DNA from: a virus
Taxonomy: Duplodnaviria > Caudoviricetes
Strand: one strand, 5' to 3'
IMG/VR virus record: IMGVR_UViG_3300028171_000090
Location: 64,001-128,000 of that record
Length of the DNA: 64,000 nt
The position numbers and the translations under genes are program-made. The notes under the pieces are model-generated. The model worked only from the letters and a program-made list of their open reading frames with translations, made no database searches and had not been told where the DNA came from. Position 1 is the stretch's first letter. Every line of letters starts with the position of its first letter. Positions 38,098 to 47,951 of this stretch are shown here, piece by piece.

Positions 38098-39858
38098 ATG
38101 AGTTTTTCAAAATTTATATCACAGTATGAGAATCCCAACAGAAAGAGAATCAATGAAGAGTTAATCTACGGGATGAGAAATGAACCTCTGGTTGATTATA
38201 TCTTAGATGCATTTAAATCACTAGAAGTAATTAATAACATCAAAATGCTAGACTATGACTACATTGAGCATGAGTCTCAGTTCGATACAGATGTTGTTAA
38301 TGAGAAGTATTTAAAGTCTAAGAAAAGCAAAGGAAAGAATATCAAAAAGCACATCAATATTGATGTGACTCGTTACAATATGCTTCGTGTAAACTTTAAG
38401 TTAACGCTAAACAATGAAGTTCAGTATAAGCAAGTAGAACTTCTGTTATTGAAGCAATATAAGAAATACTATCTGATGATGAGTGGGAATAAGTTCTATC
38501 CAATCTATCAGATTGTAGATAGTAGTACCTATAATAATAAGGATTACGTGACATTGAAAACAATGTACATGCCAATTATTATTAAACGGAACACAGGAAA
38601 ACTGAACTCTATAGCAGGAGATTCATTCCAGGTTCCACATTATACATTATGTATCTTCAAGAAGAAATGTAATGCTGTCCTATACTATTTAGCAACAATG
38701 GGATTAGAGAATACATTACGCTTCATGAATGTAGAGGATGCTATCGATGTAGTTGCTGAACCAAACTGGGATGATGAAGAACATCATTATTTCAAGTGTA
38801 ACCATGTATACGTAAAAGTAGTAAAATACTTATTTGACAACGATCACTTCGTTCAGTCAATGGTATATGCGTTACACGAGTTATGTAAGAAGACAGAATT
38901 CCATCAATTAGAAGATGTTGATTATTGGGTCACTTCATTAGGTGCTGAGTTCGCAAAGAATACCAATGGACAGTTAGAGAAAGGAAAGAATGTATTACTT
39001 TCGTTCTATCGTCTATTGGATAACACGACTCGTAAGAGTCTGAAGCTACAACCATTCAACAAAGAAAACATCTATGCATTAATTAGATGGTTACTATGTA
39101 ACTTCTCTGAGTTGAAAGCTAAGGATAATATGGACTTAGCAAACAAACGTATTCGTATGGCTGAGTACATTGCATTCTACTTTATTCGTAAACTATCTAC
39201 GAAAGTAAATATGTTATTAAGCCGTAAACGTAATGCAGTAACAATGGCTGACTTAGTGGGACTCTTAACATTCCCACCAGATGAGTTAATCAAACAGTTA
39301 CACAAAAGTAAATCCAGCTTACTGCGCTATGATAACACTGTGAATGACATGGACTTCTTTACAGCGTTGAAGTATTCAACGAAGGGTCCTGGTTCACTTG
39401 GTGAGCATAGTAGCAATGCTGTAAACATAAAGTATCGCGGAGTACATCCATCACACGTTGGACGACTCGACATTAATACATCAGGTTCATCTGATCCAGG
39501 TATGGGTGGCGTATTTACACCGTTCATGGAGAACTTCGGAATGTACTTTGATGATACGCCTGAACCGGATAATTGGTTAGCAAACTATAAGAAATTATAT
39601 GCGAACCACTTTGAAGGAAAACAATATGAAATTAAAGGTCTTGACTACTTCTATCAACAAGAGAAGAAATCTCGTAAGATGGTAGAACGTCTAGAAGATG
39701 TCCATTACTTCATCCGTAACGATGAGTATAACAAAGGATATAATATATTAGATGTGGATGATAAACTACGAATTGCAAAAGTAGTTCGAGTTGACCCAGC
39801 TAGGGTCAAGACAAAACCAAAAGCAAGAAAAGTGAAAGCAACACGGCTAGAGGATTAA
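38098..39858 (+). CDS. non-virion RNA polymerase beta subunit, N-terminal part (AR9 gp105-like)
   Basis: GNKFYPIYQIVDSSTY, TLKTMYMPI, KDNMDLANKRIRMAEY, LLRYDNTVN, RGVHPSHVGRLDINTSGSSDPGMGGVFTPF. Confidence 0.92.
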   Translation: MSFSKFISQYENPNRKRINEELIYGMRNEPLVDYILDAFKSLEVINNIKMLDYDYIEHESQFDTDVVNEKYLKSKKSKGKNIKKHINIDVTRYNMLRVNFKLTLNNEVQYKQVELLLLKQYKKYYLMMSGNKFYPIYQIVDSSTYNNKDYVTLKTMYMPIIIKRNTGKLNSIAGDSFQVPHYTLCIFKKKCNAVLYYLATMGLENTLRFMNVEDAIDVVAEPNWDDEEHHYFKCNHVYVKVVKYLFDNDHFVQSMVYALHELCKKTEFHQLEDVDYWVTSLGAEFAKNTNGQLEKGKNVLLSFYRLLDNTTRKSLKLQPFNKENIYALIRWLLCNFSELKAKDNMDLANKRIRMAEYIAFYFIRKLSTKVNMLLSRKRNAVTMADLVGLLTFPPDELIKQLHKSKSSLLRYDNTVNDMDFFTALKYSTKGPGSLGEHSSNAVNIKYRGVHPSHVGRLDINTSGSSDPGMGGVFTPFMENFGMYFDDTPEPDNWLANYKKLYANHFEGKQYEIKGLDYFYQQEKKSRKMVERLEDVHYFIRNDEYNKGYNILDVDDKLRIAKVVRVDPARVKTKPKARKVKATRLED

Positions 39859-39876
39859 TCCTCTAGCTGTTTTATT
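39846..39876 (+). terminator. intrinsic terminator
   Basis: GCTAGAGGA-TTAA-TCCTCTAGC then TGTTTT. Confidence 0.7.
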
Positions 39877-39911
39877 AACGTAAATTACATATAGAAAAAG
39901 GGGAAATAACA

Positions 39912-40664
39912 ATGACTATGCAAATTACTAAGAAACTACCTAAAACAGGAACTAACAGTGTAAAGCTAATTCAGGGAGAGGTGACGAAAACTTACGCACG
40001 TAAATTCTTTGGAAACTTATTTGAAGAGATTATCGATAAGAGTATCAAAGACAAATTTCTTTACAATAACTTATATATTGAGAAAGATGATCATTATATC
40101 ATTCGAGTATATGTAGCAATGGTTGACCATTATTATGACGTACTGATTGATAAAGATATGCAACCTATCTTGAAGAATTTCTTTGTACGTGTTAATACAA
40201 CTTCTACAGGAAAAGCAATCGATGCAGTTATTACAAAGTCTACAAATAATGTAGCCAGAAAAACTCCGATTGTAAAAGTGTTAACAGATGATAATTGGGA
40301 TGCTCATGCTTCTCGTAGCGCTGATCAAGATTTCCCAGAAGATACATACGGATTTGTCAATGGGAATGTATTAGACTTACGTAGAAAGAATGTTGTAGAG
40401 AAGAAAAGTCGAGATGCGTTCAGAGAATTGTTAATGACTATCGGTGCTTATAAAGGTGAAGAACATTTCAATACATATTATAAATGTATCCAGTTTGATG
40501 AGCATACACAATGTATTACCGCAGTCGTTACCGATTGTACTGGAAAGAAAGAGAAACAACGTTACCGTAAGTTCCCAATCGATTGGCAACCAGCAGAAGC
40601 ATCTATTCGATTGGCGATAGATTATGTGAATCGTGCAACAAAACGCTATAAGGCGTCAGTATAA
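39912..40664 (+). CDS. hypothetical protein
   Basis: 250-aa ORF, SD AGGGG. Confidence 0.8.
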   Translation: MTMQITKKLPKTGTNSVKLIQGEVTKTYARKFFGNLFEEIIDKSIKDKFLYNNLYIEKDDHYIIRVYVAMVDHYYDVLIDKDMQPILKNFFVRVNTTSTGKAIDAVITKSTNNVARKTPIVKVLTDDNWDAHASRSADQDFPEDTYGFVNGNVLDLRRKNVVEKKSRDAFRELLMTIGAYKGEEHFNTYYKCIQFDEHTQCITAVVTDCTGKKEKQRYRKFPIDWQPAEASIRLAIDYVNRATKRYKASV

Positions 40665-40695
40665 AGAGTAGGATATTCCTACTCTTTTATTTTTT
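40664..40695 (+). terminator. intrinsic terminator
   Basis: AAGAGTAGGA-TAT-TCCTACTCTT then T-tract. Confidence 0.75.
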
Positions 40696-40741
40696 GATTA
40701 AACTTACGACAATGTATTAATAAGATACAGGGAGAGATTAT

Positions 40742-43414
40742 ATGAAAGTCCTTTATTTAAAACTAAAGAACTATATAGGTATTTATAATGGAATGGGACT
40801 GAAGTCTATTGAGATAGATTTCACCAAGAGTGAGCATAAGTTTTATATTTATGCTGGAGCCAATGGTAGTGGAAAATCTACCATTCAGAATGAGATTCAA
40901 CCATTCGCAAAAGCTGGTGGGTCTCACATGCGATTTATACGTCCAGGGAAGAATGGATATAAAGAAATCCATATCAGTAAGGACGAAAATACTACGTACC
41001 TGATTAAGCATTACTTTGATGCAAAAGGGGATAAACATTCAACGAAGAGTTTCATTGCAAAACAGATTGGATTTGCAGACCCAGTTGAATTAAATGAGAA
41101 TGGTAATGTAACATCTTTTGAAGAATGTGTCTTCATGGAATTAGGAATTAATAGTGATTACTTGAACCTAATTCAGATGGGTGTTAACTTAAAGAATATC
41201 ATTGGAATGTCAGCAACTGAACGTAAGAAATATATTAGTCAATTTATTTCAGAAGCTGATATCTATTTGAAGATGTTTAAAAACATTAATACAAAAGCCC
41301 GAGAGTATAAAGGGGTTATCAAGAACTTAACGGATAAGTTAAATAAGCTAGATGATATATCTATCCTACAAGAAGATATTGAGATAGCTGAACGTAAGTT
41401 AGAGCAGTTACAAATAGAACGAGATAAGTTCCATGCTCAAATGAATAACGCTGTAGGAGCTATAGCAGCATTAGACCCGAATGGGATACTAGAAAGTGAG
41501 TATAATAAGCTCGTAACGGAGTTACGTCTAATCGATAGTTCAATTAAGGACTTAGAAATCATTGAGGGTCAAAGTGTATATCGTGCAGAATCCTTACAGG
41601 ATGCACAGAAGAAACTAACTTCATTGAATAAGTCTATTGCGTTAGATCAAGAATCAATTGAAAGAGAAACGAGTATCTTAAATAGTAAGCTGGAAGAGTT
41701 CCATACAATTCAGAACCAGATTACAGATTATCAATCTCAGTTATTCTCTATGAACGATTATAACTTAGAAGAGACTCGTAGTGTATATAGACAATATAAG
41801 AAAGCATACGATAACTTACAACATCGTATTCGAATCATGATTGATGAACCGACATTATCATCACAAGAGATTAAGTCTATCTATGGAACAGTTGACTCGA
41901 TTCAAGATAGTATTGATGCGATGCGTCAACGTGGTGAGAATGTCATCAATCTAGTTGGTACAAAACCAATGAGTGAATTACAACAAATGTATTTATATTC
42001 TAGCTCAGCATTAGAAAGAGCTGAGAAGGATTTAGCTGATATAGAACGTAAGCTGGCAGAGAATAAAGGTGCCGTTACACTAGCAAATACATTACAGCTT
42101 CGTCCAAAAGAATGTAAGATTGACACCTGTCCGTTTATACAAGAGGCGTTGTCTTCTATGCATTTAATTGAAGCTTATCATGCCAATGAGCGTCGTCAAG
42201 ACGAACTAAATCATGAAATAGAACGACTAGAGCAAGAACTTACATGGGTTGGAGAATGTATTGAGATGGAGCGAACTATTAAACAACTTCATGTACAATT
42301 AGGACGTCAAGCCCATATGATTAATCAAACGCGTAATCCCCATCTATTAGATAAAGATCATCTTATCAAATGCGTAAAGACTGGTAAGCCTTTATATAAT
42401 AAAGAGATGATGATACAAGAGATTGAGGATGCAGACACATTAAAAGAAATGAAAACATATGAAGAGAAAGTACCTATGTTAGAGAAAGAGTTAGAGCTAC
42501 TAGAATCTAATGATAGAATGGTACAATCTCTGAAGATGAATATCAATTTATTAGAGAAACAATCGCAACGTCTACAAGATGAGATTAAAGTATTGAAAGA
42601 TACGACAAATACTTCAGAAAGACGTTTACATCAGAATCAACTTCTCACACAAGGTATTGAAACAATGATGAGTACCTTAGAAGAGAAGGAAGAAATGATA
42701 CAAGAGAAAAGAAAGATTGAATCAAGTATTGTAAAGTATACGGATTCAATTAATAAGATTCATGCTTGTCGTATTGGGATTCAAACCAATCGAGAAGCGA
42801 TAGCTCCAATAGACTTCTCTATCTCTGAATTAAATAAACGTCGGGATAAACTTAAAATCAAAGAGAAGATGGCAAAACGATTTAAGAAAGAGAAAGATGC
42901 TTTAGAGAAAGACTATGTGGAGATTGAATTACTACGTACAGCTTTATCTGGTAATAAAGGTATCCCGATTGTATTCGTAGATATGTATTTACGTAAGACT
43001 CGGGTTATTGCAAATAAGATACTAGAGAAAGCATTTGATGGAAAACTGAAGTTAGATAAGTTTGAGATTAATGAGAAAGAGTTCCGTATTCCTTGCTCAG
43101 GTAAGGGAGAGAAGAACGGAGATATTAGCACGTGTTCTTCAGGTGAGAAAGCGATTATCGGTCTTGCCTTATGTTATGCATTATCGACACAAGCGTCTAG
43201 TAGTTATGATATCATGCTAGTAGATGAGTTAGATGCGACATTAGATAAGTATCATCGTCGATTATTCTTAGAGTTATTAGAGAAGATGGATACAGGTCAA
43301 TGTCATATCATCTCACATAATGATGCATTCTCTACTAAAGATGCCGGGCTTGTACTATTGTATAAGCATCAACTGGACAATTACAAAGAGAAGAACATAG
43401 TATATGAGTATTAG
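40742..43414 (+). CDS. sbcC: SbcC/Rad50 SMC-family ATPase
   Basis: GANGSGKST Walker A, Q-loop, long coiled coil with central CKIDTCPF hook, CSSGEK signature, LVDELD Walker B, ISHN. Confidence 0.93.
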   Translation: MKVLYLKLKNYIGIYNGMGLKSIEIDFTKSEHKFYIYAGANGSGKSTIQNEIQPFAKAGGSHMRFIRPGKNGYKEIHISKDENTTYLIKHYFDAKGDKHSTKSFIAKQIGFADPVELNENGNVTSFEECVFMELGINSDYLNLIQMGVNLKNIIGMSATERKKYISQFISEADIYLKMFKNINTKAREYKGVIKNLTDKLNKLDDISILQEDIEIAERKLEQLQIERDKFHAQMNNAVGAIAALDPNGILESEYNKLVTELRLIDSSIKDLEIIEGQSVYRAESLQDAQKKLTSLNKSIALDQESIERETSILNSKLEEFHTIQNQITDYQSQLFSMNDYNLEETRSVYRQYKKAYDNLQHRIRIMIDEPTLSSQEIKSIYGTVDSIQDSIDAMRQRGENVINLVGTKPMSELQQMYLYSSSALERAEKDLADIERKLAENKGAVTLANTLQLRPKECKIDTCPFIQEALSSMHLIEAYHANERRQDELNHEIERLEQELTWVGECIEMERTIKQLHVQLGRQAHMINQTRNPHLLDKDHLIKCVKTGKPLYNKEMMIQEIEDADTLKEMKTYEEKVPMLEKELELLESNDRMVQSLKMNINLLEKQSQRLQDEIKVLKDTTNTSERRLHQNQLLTQGIETMMSTLEEKEEMIQEKRKIESSIVKYTDSINKIHACRIGIQTNREAIAPIDFSISELNKRRDKLKIKEKMAKRFKKEKDALEKDYVEIELLRTALSGNKGIPIVFVDMYLRKTRVIANKILEKAFDGKLKLDKFEINEKEFRIPCSGKGEKNGDISTCSSGEKAIIGLALCYALSTQASSSYDIMLVDELDATLDKYHRRLFLELLEKMDTGQCHIISHNDAFSTKDAGLVLLYKHQLDNYKEKNIVYEY

Positions 43415-43417
43415 AAG

Positions 43418-43448
43418 GTACATCCCACTCGGGATGTACTTATTTTTT
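43418..43448 (+). terminator. intrinsic terminator
   Basis: GTACATCCC-ACTC-GGGATGTAC then T-tract. Confidence 0.8.
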
Positions 43449-43458
43449 TGTAGGAGGA

Positions 43459-43986
43459 ATGGAAATTATGAGAGCATTTGGAGCTTCAGGAGTGACAATG
43501 CCGTCACCCGACAAACTTACTATTTATTATAAAAGAGAAGCTTTAAGGGATTTAATATCAAAAGACCTTAATGCAAAAGAACGTCATAAGCAAGGAGACA
43601 AATTACTTAAATCTCTTGCTCATGCAACAGGAATGATTGATACTTGGGAACGGTTCAAGTTGAATCCGCTATATGAAGTGGAATATATTTTATATGGAAA
43701 TTGTGGACTATTAGGTTACTCTTATGATGGAGTACCAGTAGTATTTGATATAAATAAAAATGGTGCGTTTATGTTAGTAAAGTTTACAACTTACTTAGAT
43801 TGTGTAGCACCTGAAGAATTACGAGTAAGTGATATTATGGATTTAAACGCTGTATTCTTAGCGGAAGAACTCTTTATGGATTTGGGAATTGAACGTTGTG
43901 GAGAAACTGTATCGAAAGGTTATCCGACAGTATACATGATTTTACCTAGGACGTACCAGATACCAGACCCATATATAAAATCGTAA
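43459..43986 (+). CDS. family A-related hypothetical protein
   Basis: YILYG, GYPTVYMILP. Confidence 0.7.
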   Translation: MEIMRAFGASGVTMPSPDKLTIYYKREALRDLISKDLNAKERHKQGDKLLKSLAHATGMIDTWERFKLNPLYEVEYILYGNCGLLGYSYDGVPVVFDINKNGAFMLVKFTTYLDCVAPEELRVSDIMDLNAVFLAEELFMDLGIERCGETVSKGYPTVYMILPRTYQIPDPYIKS

Positions 43987-44004
43987 TAACAGTATCCTTG
44001 GCTA

Positions 44005-44021
44005 TACATTATATCTGTGAG
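44005..44021 (+). promoter_or_regulatory. putative early promoter
   Basis: TACATTATATCTGTGAG. Confidence 0.7.
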
Positions 44022-44103
44022 TATAGTTAGTACTCGTTAAATAAATAAGCTTCCCAGGATAGCAGGGACAAAAAGCATATGCTATCATGTGTCTTAAATA
44101 CAA

Positions 44104-44169
44104 TACTGTAAAAAACAGTAGGGTATAGAAAAACTATTAGATAAGCATAGTATGTAAAAAGCATACTAT
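44104..44169 (+). promoter_or_regulatory. leader with three tandem AAAAA-loop hairpins
   Basis: TACTGT-A5-ACAGTA; ATAG-A5-CTAT; ATAGTATGT-A5-GCATACTAT, immediately before SD AGGAGGAG. Confidence 0.55.
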
Positions 44170-44186
44170 CAGGAGGAGAAACCGAA

Positions 44187-44696
44187 ATGACAATCACAAC
44201 AGTAGCTAGACCAGAAATGATGAAGGACATCGCGTTAGAGAATCAGAAGATTAATCTTTTAGAGTTAATCGTTCAGAAAGCTGAAGGGGATATCTCTACT
44301 ACATACCTAAAGAAAATCATTGATACTGTCGATGTAAGTTTAGGTTACATGGTACACGTAACTCGTGACCCAAAGGAATTTGAAAACACACTGACATTGC
44401 GTAACTATAATCGTTCAAATTCAGTATCAGGTTCTGAAGGAACTGAAGAGTTTGGACAATGCGTAATCGGTAATGAATTAGTATTTGGAACTCGTAAGAG
44501 TACAGAACATCACGGAATGTTTATTCCAAGTAAAACAACGTTTGATTTCGTTAAGCCTGAGTTTGATGAAACAAAAGTGAATGTCGTTACAATCCATCGA
44601 CATGTATGGAATAACTTGTCTGGTTCTGGAATTCCTGAATTTGACTCACATTATTTTATCCTAAATATCTATGTTCCCAGAATGGACTTAATGTAA
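44187..44696 (+). CDS. family A paralogue
   Basis: MVHVTRD, VIGNELVFG, FDETKVNVV, LNIYVPR. Confidence 0.85.
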   Translation: MTITTVARPEMMKDIALENQKINLLELIVQKAEGDISTTYLKKIIDTVDVSLGYMVHVTRDPKEFENTLTLRNYNRSNSVSGSEGTEEFGQCVIGNELVFGTRKSTEHHGMFIPSKTTFDFVKPEFDETKVNVVTIHRHVWNNLSGSGIPEFDSHYFILNIYVPRMDLM

Positions 44697-44754
44697 ATGT
44701 ATAGAAGAGGAGATAATCCTCTTCTATCTATTATAATTTTTGGAGGGATAGCAC

Positions 44755-45249
44755 ATGAATACAGCACAGTTATTCATAACACAAGATATGGAATTTTCAA
44801 AGGATAAAATTAGACCTATAGATAATAACGAAATAAAGTTAAATAAACCGGTAGGAGGACTTTGGACATCAACTTTCCTGCAAACAGATTACTCATGGTG
44901 GTATCAATATTGTACAGATATCGGTTCACCATATTGGCAGAATACCCAGCACTACGGTCATGTCATTCATCCAAGAGAAGATGCTAGACTCTTATGTGTG
45001 ACAAAGAAAGAAATGGAACGTTTACTTGAACATTACTCCATAAGTGATGTATTATTAGATTATGAAAAATTGGCTAAAGATTATGATGGCATTTATTATT
45101 CGCCACAAATAATCAAGTATGATATGACGTATCAAGAAAGTCTATCATTCATGATTAATGATAACCCATTCTTCTATTGGGAATGTGAATCAATTCTTTG
45201 GTTAAACCCAGCATTTGATGTAAAGCAATCTATCAAGATAGCTAAGTAG
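44755..45249 (+). CDS. conserved phage protein, possible ADP-ribosyltransferase-like fold
   Basis: KPVGGLWTST, DYEKLAKDYDGI, WECESILWLN. Confidence 0.4.
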   Translation: MNTAQLFITQDMEFSKDKIRPIDNNEIKLNKPVGGLWTSTFLQTDYSWWYQYCTDIGSPYWQNTQHYGHVIHPREDARLLCVTKKEMERLLEHYSISDVLLDYEKLAKDYDGIYYSPQIIKYDMTYQESLSFMINDNPFFYWECESILWLNPAFDVKQSIKIAK

Positions 45250-45275
45250 TATAATAAAATACGGAGGTTTACAAA

Positions 45276-45818
45276 ATGAGTCTCTTATATACGAATGCAA
45301 GAAAGACCGTTATTTATAAAGTAAATAACGTTGATCGGATTTTATTTGATGTGGACTGGTTACAGATGAGGATGGGAGAAAGACATATCACCTTAGACGA
45401 ATGGACAAAAGAAGGAACGATTCGAGCAATAGAATCTTTCCCAGCTGTATTCGGAAAGCAAGTAGATCGAAAGATTGGCTTTGCTTCTATACAAGATTTC
45501 CTGAAAGCTAAATTTGAGTGTGATATGAAAGAACGGAAAATCGTTCCCGTCATACTTCACCCAAAGGATATTCGAACAACAAGTTTCACATACTTTGAGT
45601 TTGAAGGCACTTATAAGAAACCATATGTTTCATCATCAGGTGGAACATTTATCATGACATCCGAGAATCCTACACATCGTATTATTAGAACTCATTTGAA
45701 TCGAAGGTCGTTAGAGAAATTGATATTCGATGATCCAAGATTAGAAGCGGTGTTTTACAATATAAAAGAAGAATATCCAAAGCATACTATCGCTTATGCA
45801 ATCGTTCGGATATATTGA
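45276..45818 (+). CDS. family D paralogue
   Basis: FEFEGT...GGTFIM...THRII. Confidence 0.7.
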   Translation: MSLLYTNARKTVIYKVNNVDRILFDVDWLQMRMGERHITLDEWTKEGTIRAIESFPAVFGKQVDRKIGFASIQDFLKAKFECDMKERKIVPVILHPKDIRTTSFTYFEFEGTYKKPYVSSSGGTFIMTSENPTHRIIRTHLNRRSLEKLIFDDPRLEAVFYNIKEEYPKHTIAYAIVRIY

Positions 45819-45831
45819 GGGAGAGAATATA

Positions 45832-46419
45832 ATGGCAGCTATTTATGTAAAATCATTTGATATAACACTTAACGGTGTTGCAAAAACACTTTATGTGGAA
45901 TTAAGTTCGGATAAGATTATCAGTTTAATTAATCATATTAAACGTTTAACACAAAAGATTACAGTTGACTCTTTAACTATTAGCAAGGGTCGATTCTTCA
46001 TTGAAGGTTCTTATGATGGTGAATCATTTGATTTCGATGAAGCTTTTGAATGTGCTTTATACCTAGGTGGTATTGCTCGACGAGCAATCTATGATATGGC
46101 TGAAACATTCGGTAAAGATCAATCTCGTGTAAATGGAGGATACATCATGTTATCAAGTAGTAACCTAATTGATGCGAATGATGAAATCTTATTCTCCATG
46201 ACACCAGGTTCAAATGAGATATATTCATATACAGCATTTGAATACGGTGGTGACCTTGATGATTATGTATACGTATACGACAATACAAATAAAATTGATA
46301 CATTATATACAATCGGTGAGTCTAACGTAGAGCGTTATGATGGTAAGCGCTGTAATCGAATTCATTTCATTAAACGAGTAAAAGCAGGTCATCCAATGGA
46401 TGAAATCACATTAAGCTAA
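45832..46419 (+). CDS. hypothetical protein (possible divergent family D)
   Basis: VELSSDKIISLI N-terminal pattern; SD GAGGGAG. Confidence 0.7.
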   Translation: MAAIYVKSFDITLNGVAKTLYVELSSDKIISLINHIKRLTQKITVDSLTISKGRFFIEGSYDGESFDFDEAFECALYLGGIARRAIYDMAETFGKDQSRVNGGYIMLSSSNLIDANDEILFSMTPGSNEIYSYTAFEYGGDLDDYVYVYDNTNKIDTLYTIGESNVERYDGKRCNRIHFIKRVKAGHPMDEITLS

Positions 46420-46445
46420 AAACGTAACAAGAAGTAATATAAAGA

Positions 46446-46462
46446 TACATTATATTAATGAG
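46446..46462 (+). promoter_or_regulatory. putative early promoter
   Basis: TACATTATATTAATGAG. Confidence 0.65.
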
Positions 46463-46509
46463 CATATACAAAATATATGCTTCTAAATTATACTGAGGAG
46501 TGTTTAAAA

Positions 46510-47046
46510 ATGACAAACGAAACTAAGAATTTACCAGAAACAATGGACGAGGTTTTAACTGAATACGGAATGCCTACTGTGAAGATTACAGTAAGCACAC
46601 AAGCAATCAACGATGGGTTAGCAGAAATAGATTTACCTGCAATTAAAGAAGTTCGATTAGATGGTACAATCATTTTAGAAAATAAAGATATGCATTTTGG
46701 TCTATTCCAACTATTTAAAGACCTTAGTGAAATTGCAACGAGACATCATCCAGATTCATTAAGCTTTACAAAGCGTACTCGTATCCATCCAGGAAACTTT
46801 ATGGGAGTAAGTGGTCGTTGCACAAGAACTGAAATGGGAGAATTTATATTTGAAGCAACAGATCAAGATATTACACATATGATTATCCAAGTTGTTACTG
46901 GACCATCAGACGAAATTAAAGACTTTGATTACGGTTCTGCGAAACAGTTATACCGACATAATTATCAGTTAGGTGTACTAACAGCGCACTTTGCTATTCT
47001 TGAATTTGATCCTGAGATTATGAATGTAATTAAACCAATCTGGTAA
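46510..47046 (+). CDS. family D paralogue
   Basis: FMGVSG...GEFIF...ITHMII. Confidence 0.7.
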   Translation: MTNETKNLPETMDEVLTEYGMPTVKITVSTQAINDGLAEIDLPAIKEVRLDGTIILENKDMHFGLFQLFKDLSEIATRHHPDSLSFTKRTRIHPGNFMGVSGRCTRTEMGEFIFEATDQDITHMIIQVVTGPSDEIKDFDYGSAKQLYRHNYQLGVLTAHFAILEFDPEIMNVIKPIW

Positions 47047-47179
47047 GGAGATATAATTTGTCAGACCTCAATAAGAAACTATTTGAACTTGAGAACTTAT
47101 TACTAGAATTTAAAATGAAACAATTAGAAGAGAAAAAGAACGAAGATAGAGACTTATCCATTACGGATAAGTCTAAAGA

Positions 47180-47207
47180 AGAAAGACCTAAACGTCTTTC
47201 TTTTTTT
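47180..47207 (+). terminator. intrinsic terminator
   Basis: AGAAAGAC-CTAAAC-GTCTTTCT then T-tract. Confidence 0.7.
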
Positions 47208-47256
47208 GTATAAATCTAGAAAAGTTTGACCATTATATTATACTATAAAGGGAGAG

Positions 47257-47832
47257 ATGAAAATGTTATATGAAAGAAAATTAGAAGATAAAGGTTTCCC
47301 AGAGATTACATTCGTGTACGAAACATCGGATGTAGAGGAGCTACAGAAGCTACCTGATACATTTAGAATTATTAAAGAAGATACTACAACTGGGAAGTTT
47401 ACAATAGAAGATTTAAAAATGCCTGGACGTGAGATCACATTGGGTGGATATGAGATTATCCAGCAATATGTAGCACCTATGTTAGCACAGGACTCTATGT
47501 TTAATTTCTTTAGTTCAATTAATCAAGTGTCTGCAACAATGGTATCTATCGTATTTGGCGATGCTACACAAAAAGGTGAAAAGATTGAATTTAAAACATC
47601 GACACAGCCATTCCATGTTATGGTAACAGTTCGTTGGGGTGGATTCACTTCTAACGATATTACGGATGTAGAGTGGCTTGGTAAATATGAGTCTGATTCT
47701 ACAGTTATCTATAATAAAACATATAAATCTGGAAGTGCGGTATTTGATAATGAAACAATGTTTATCATTGAACTACCAGAGTTCTATCTTGGTGGAATGG
47801 AATTTCTTGAAGATATTGAGATCGTACGATGA
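47257..47832 (+). CDS. hypothetical protein (family E)
   Basis: Colinear weak similarity with 47952 and 48574. Confidence 0.75.
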   Translation: MKMLYERKLEDKGFPEITFVYETSDVEELQKLPDTFRIIKEDTTTGKFTIEDLKMPGREITLGGYEIIQQYVAPMLAQDSMFNFFSSINQVSATMVSIVFGDATQKGEKIEFKTSTQPFHVMVTVRWGGFTSNDITDVEWLGKYESDSTVIYNKTYKSGSAVFDNETMFIIELPEFYLGGMEFLEDIEIVR

Positions 47833-47863
47833 GCTAGGGATTAATTTCCCTAGCTTTTTTTTT
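47832..47863 (+). terminator. intrinsic terminator
   Basis: AGCTAGGGA-TTAATT-TCCCTAGCT then T-tract. Confidence 0.8.
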
Positions 47864-47951
47864 CGTAATAAACGCTCTTATACATATACATTATCATATT
47901 AGACGTGTATAAAATACAAGTCACTATAAAGCCGAGGGAGAGAGTTATAAA

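Noticed and set aside
26807-39858. Group I introns or inteins in the RNAP subunit genes (common in AR9)
   Set aside because: Both ORFs are continuous, of expected length, with no LAGLIDADG/HNH insert or intein termini
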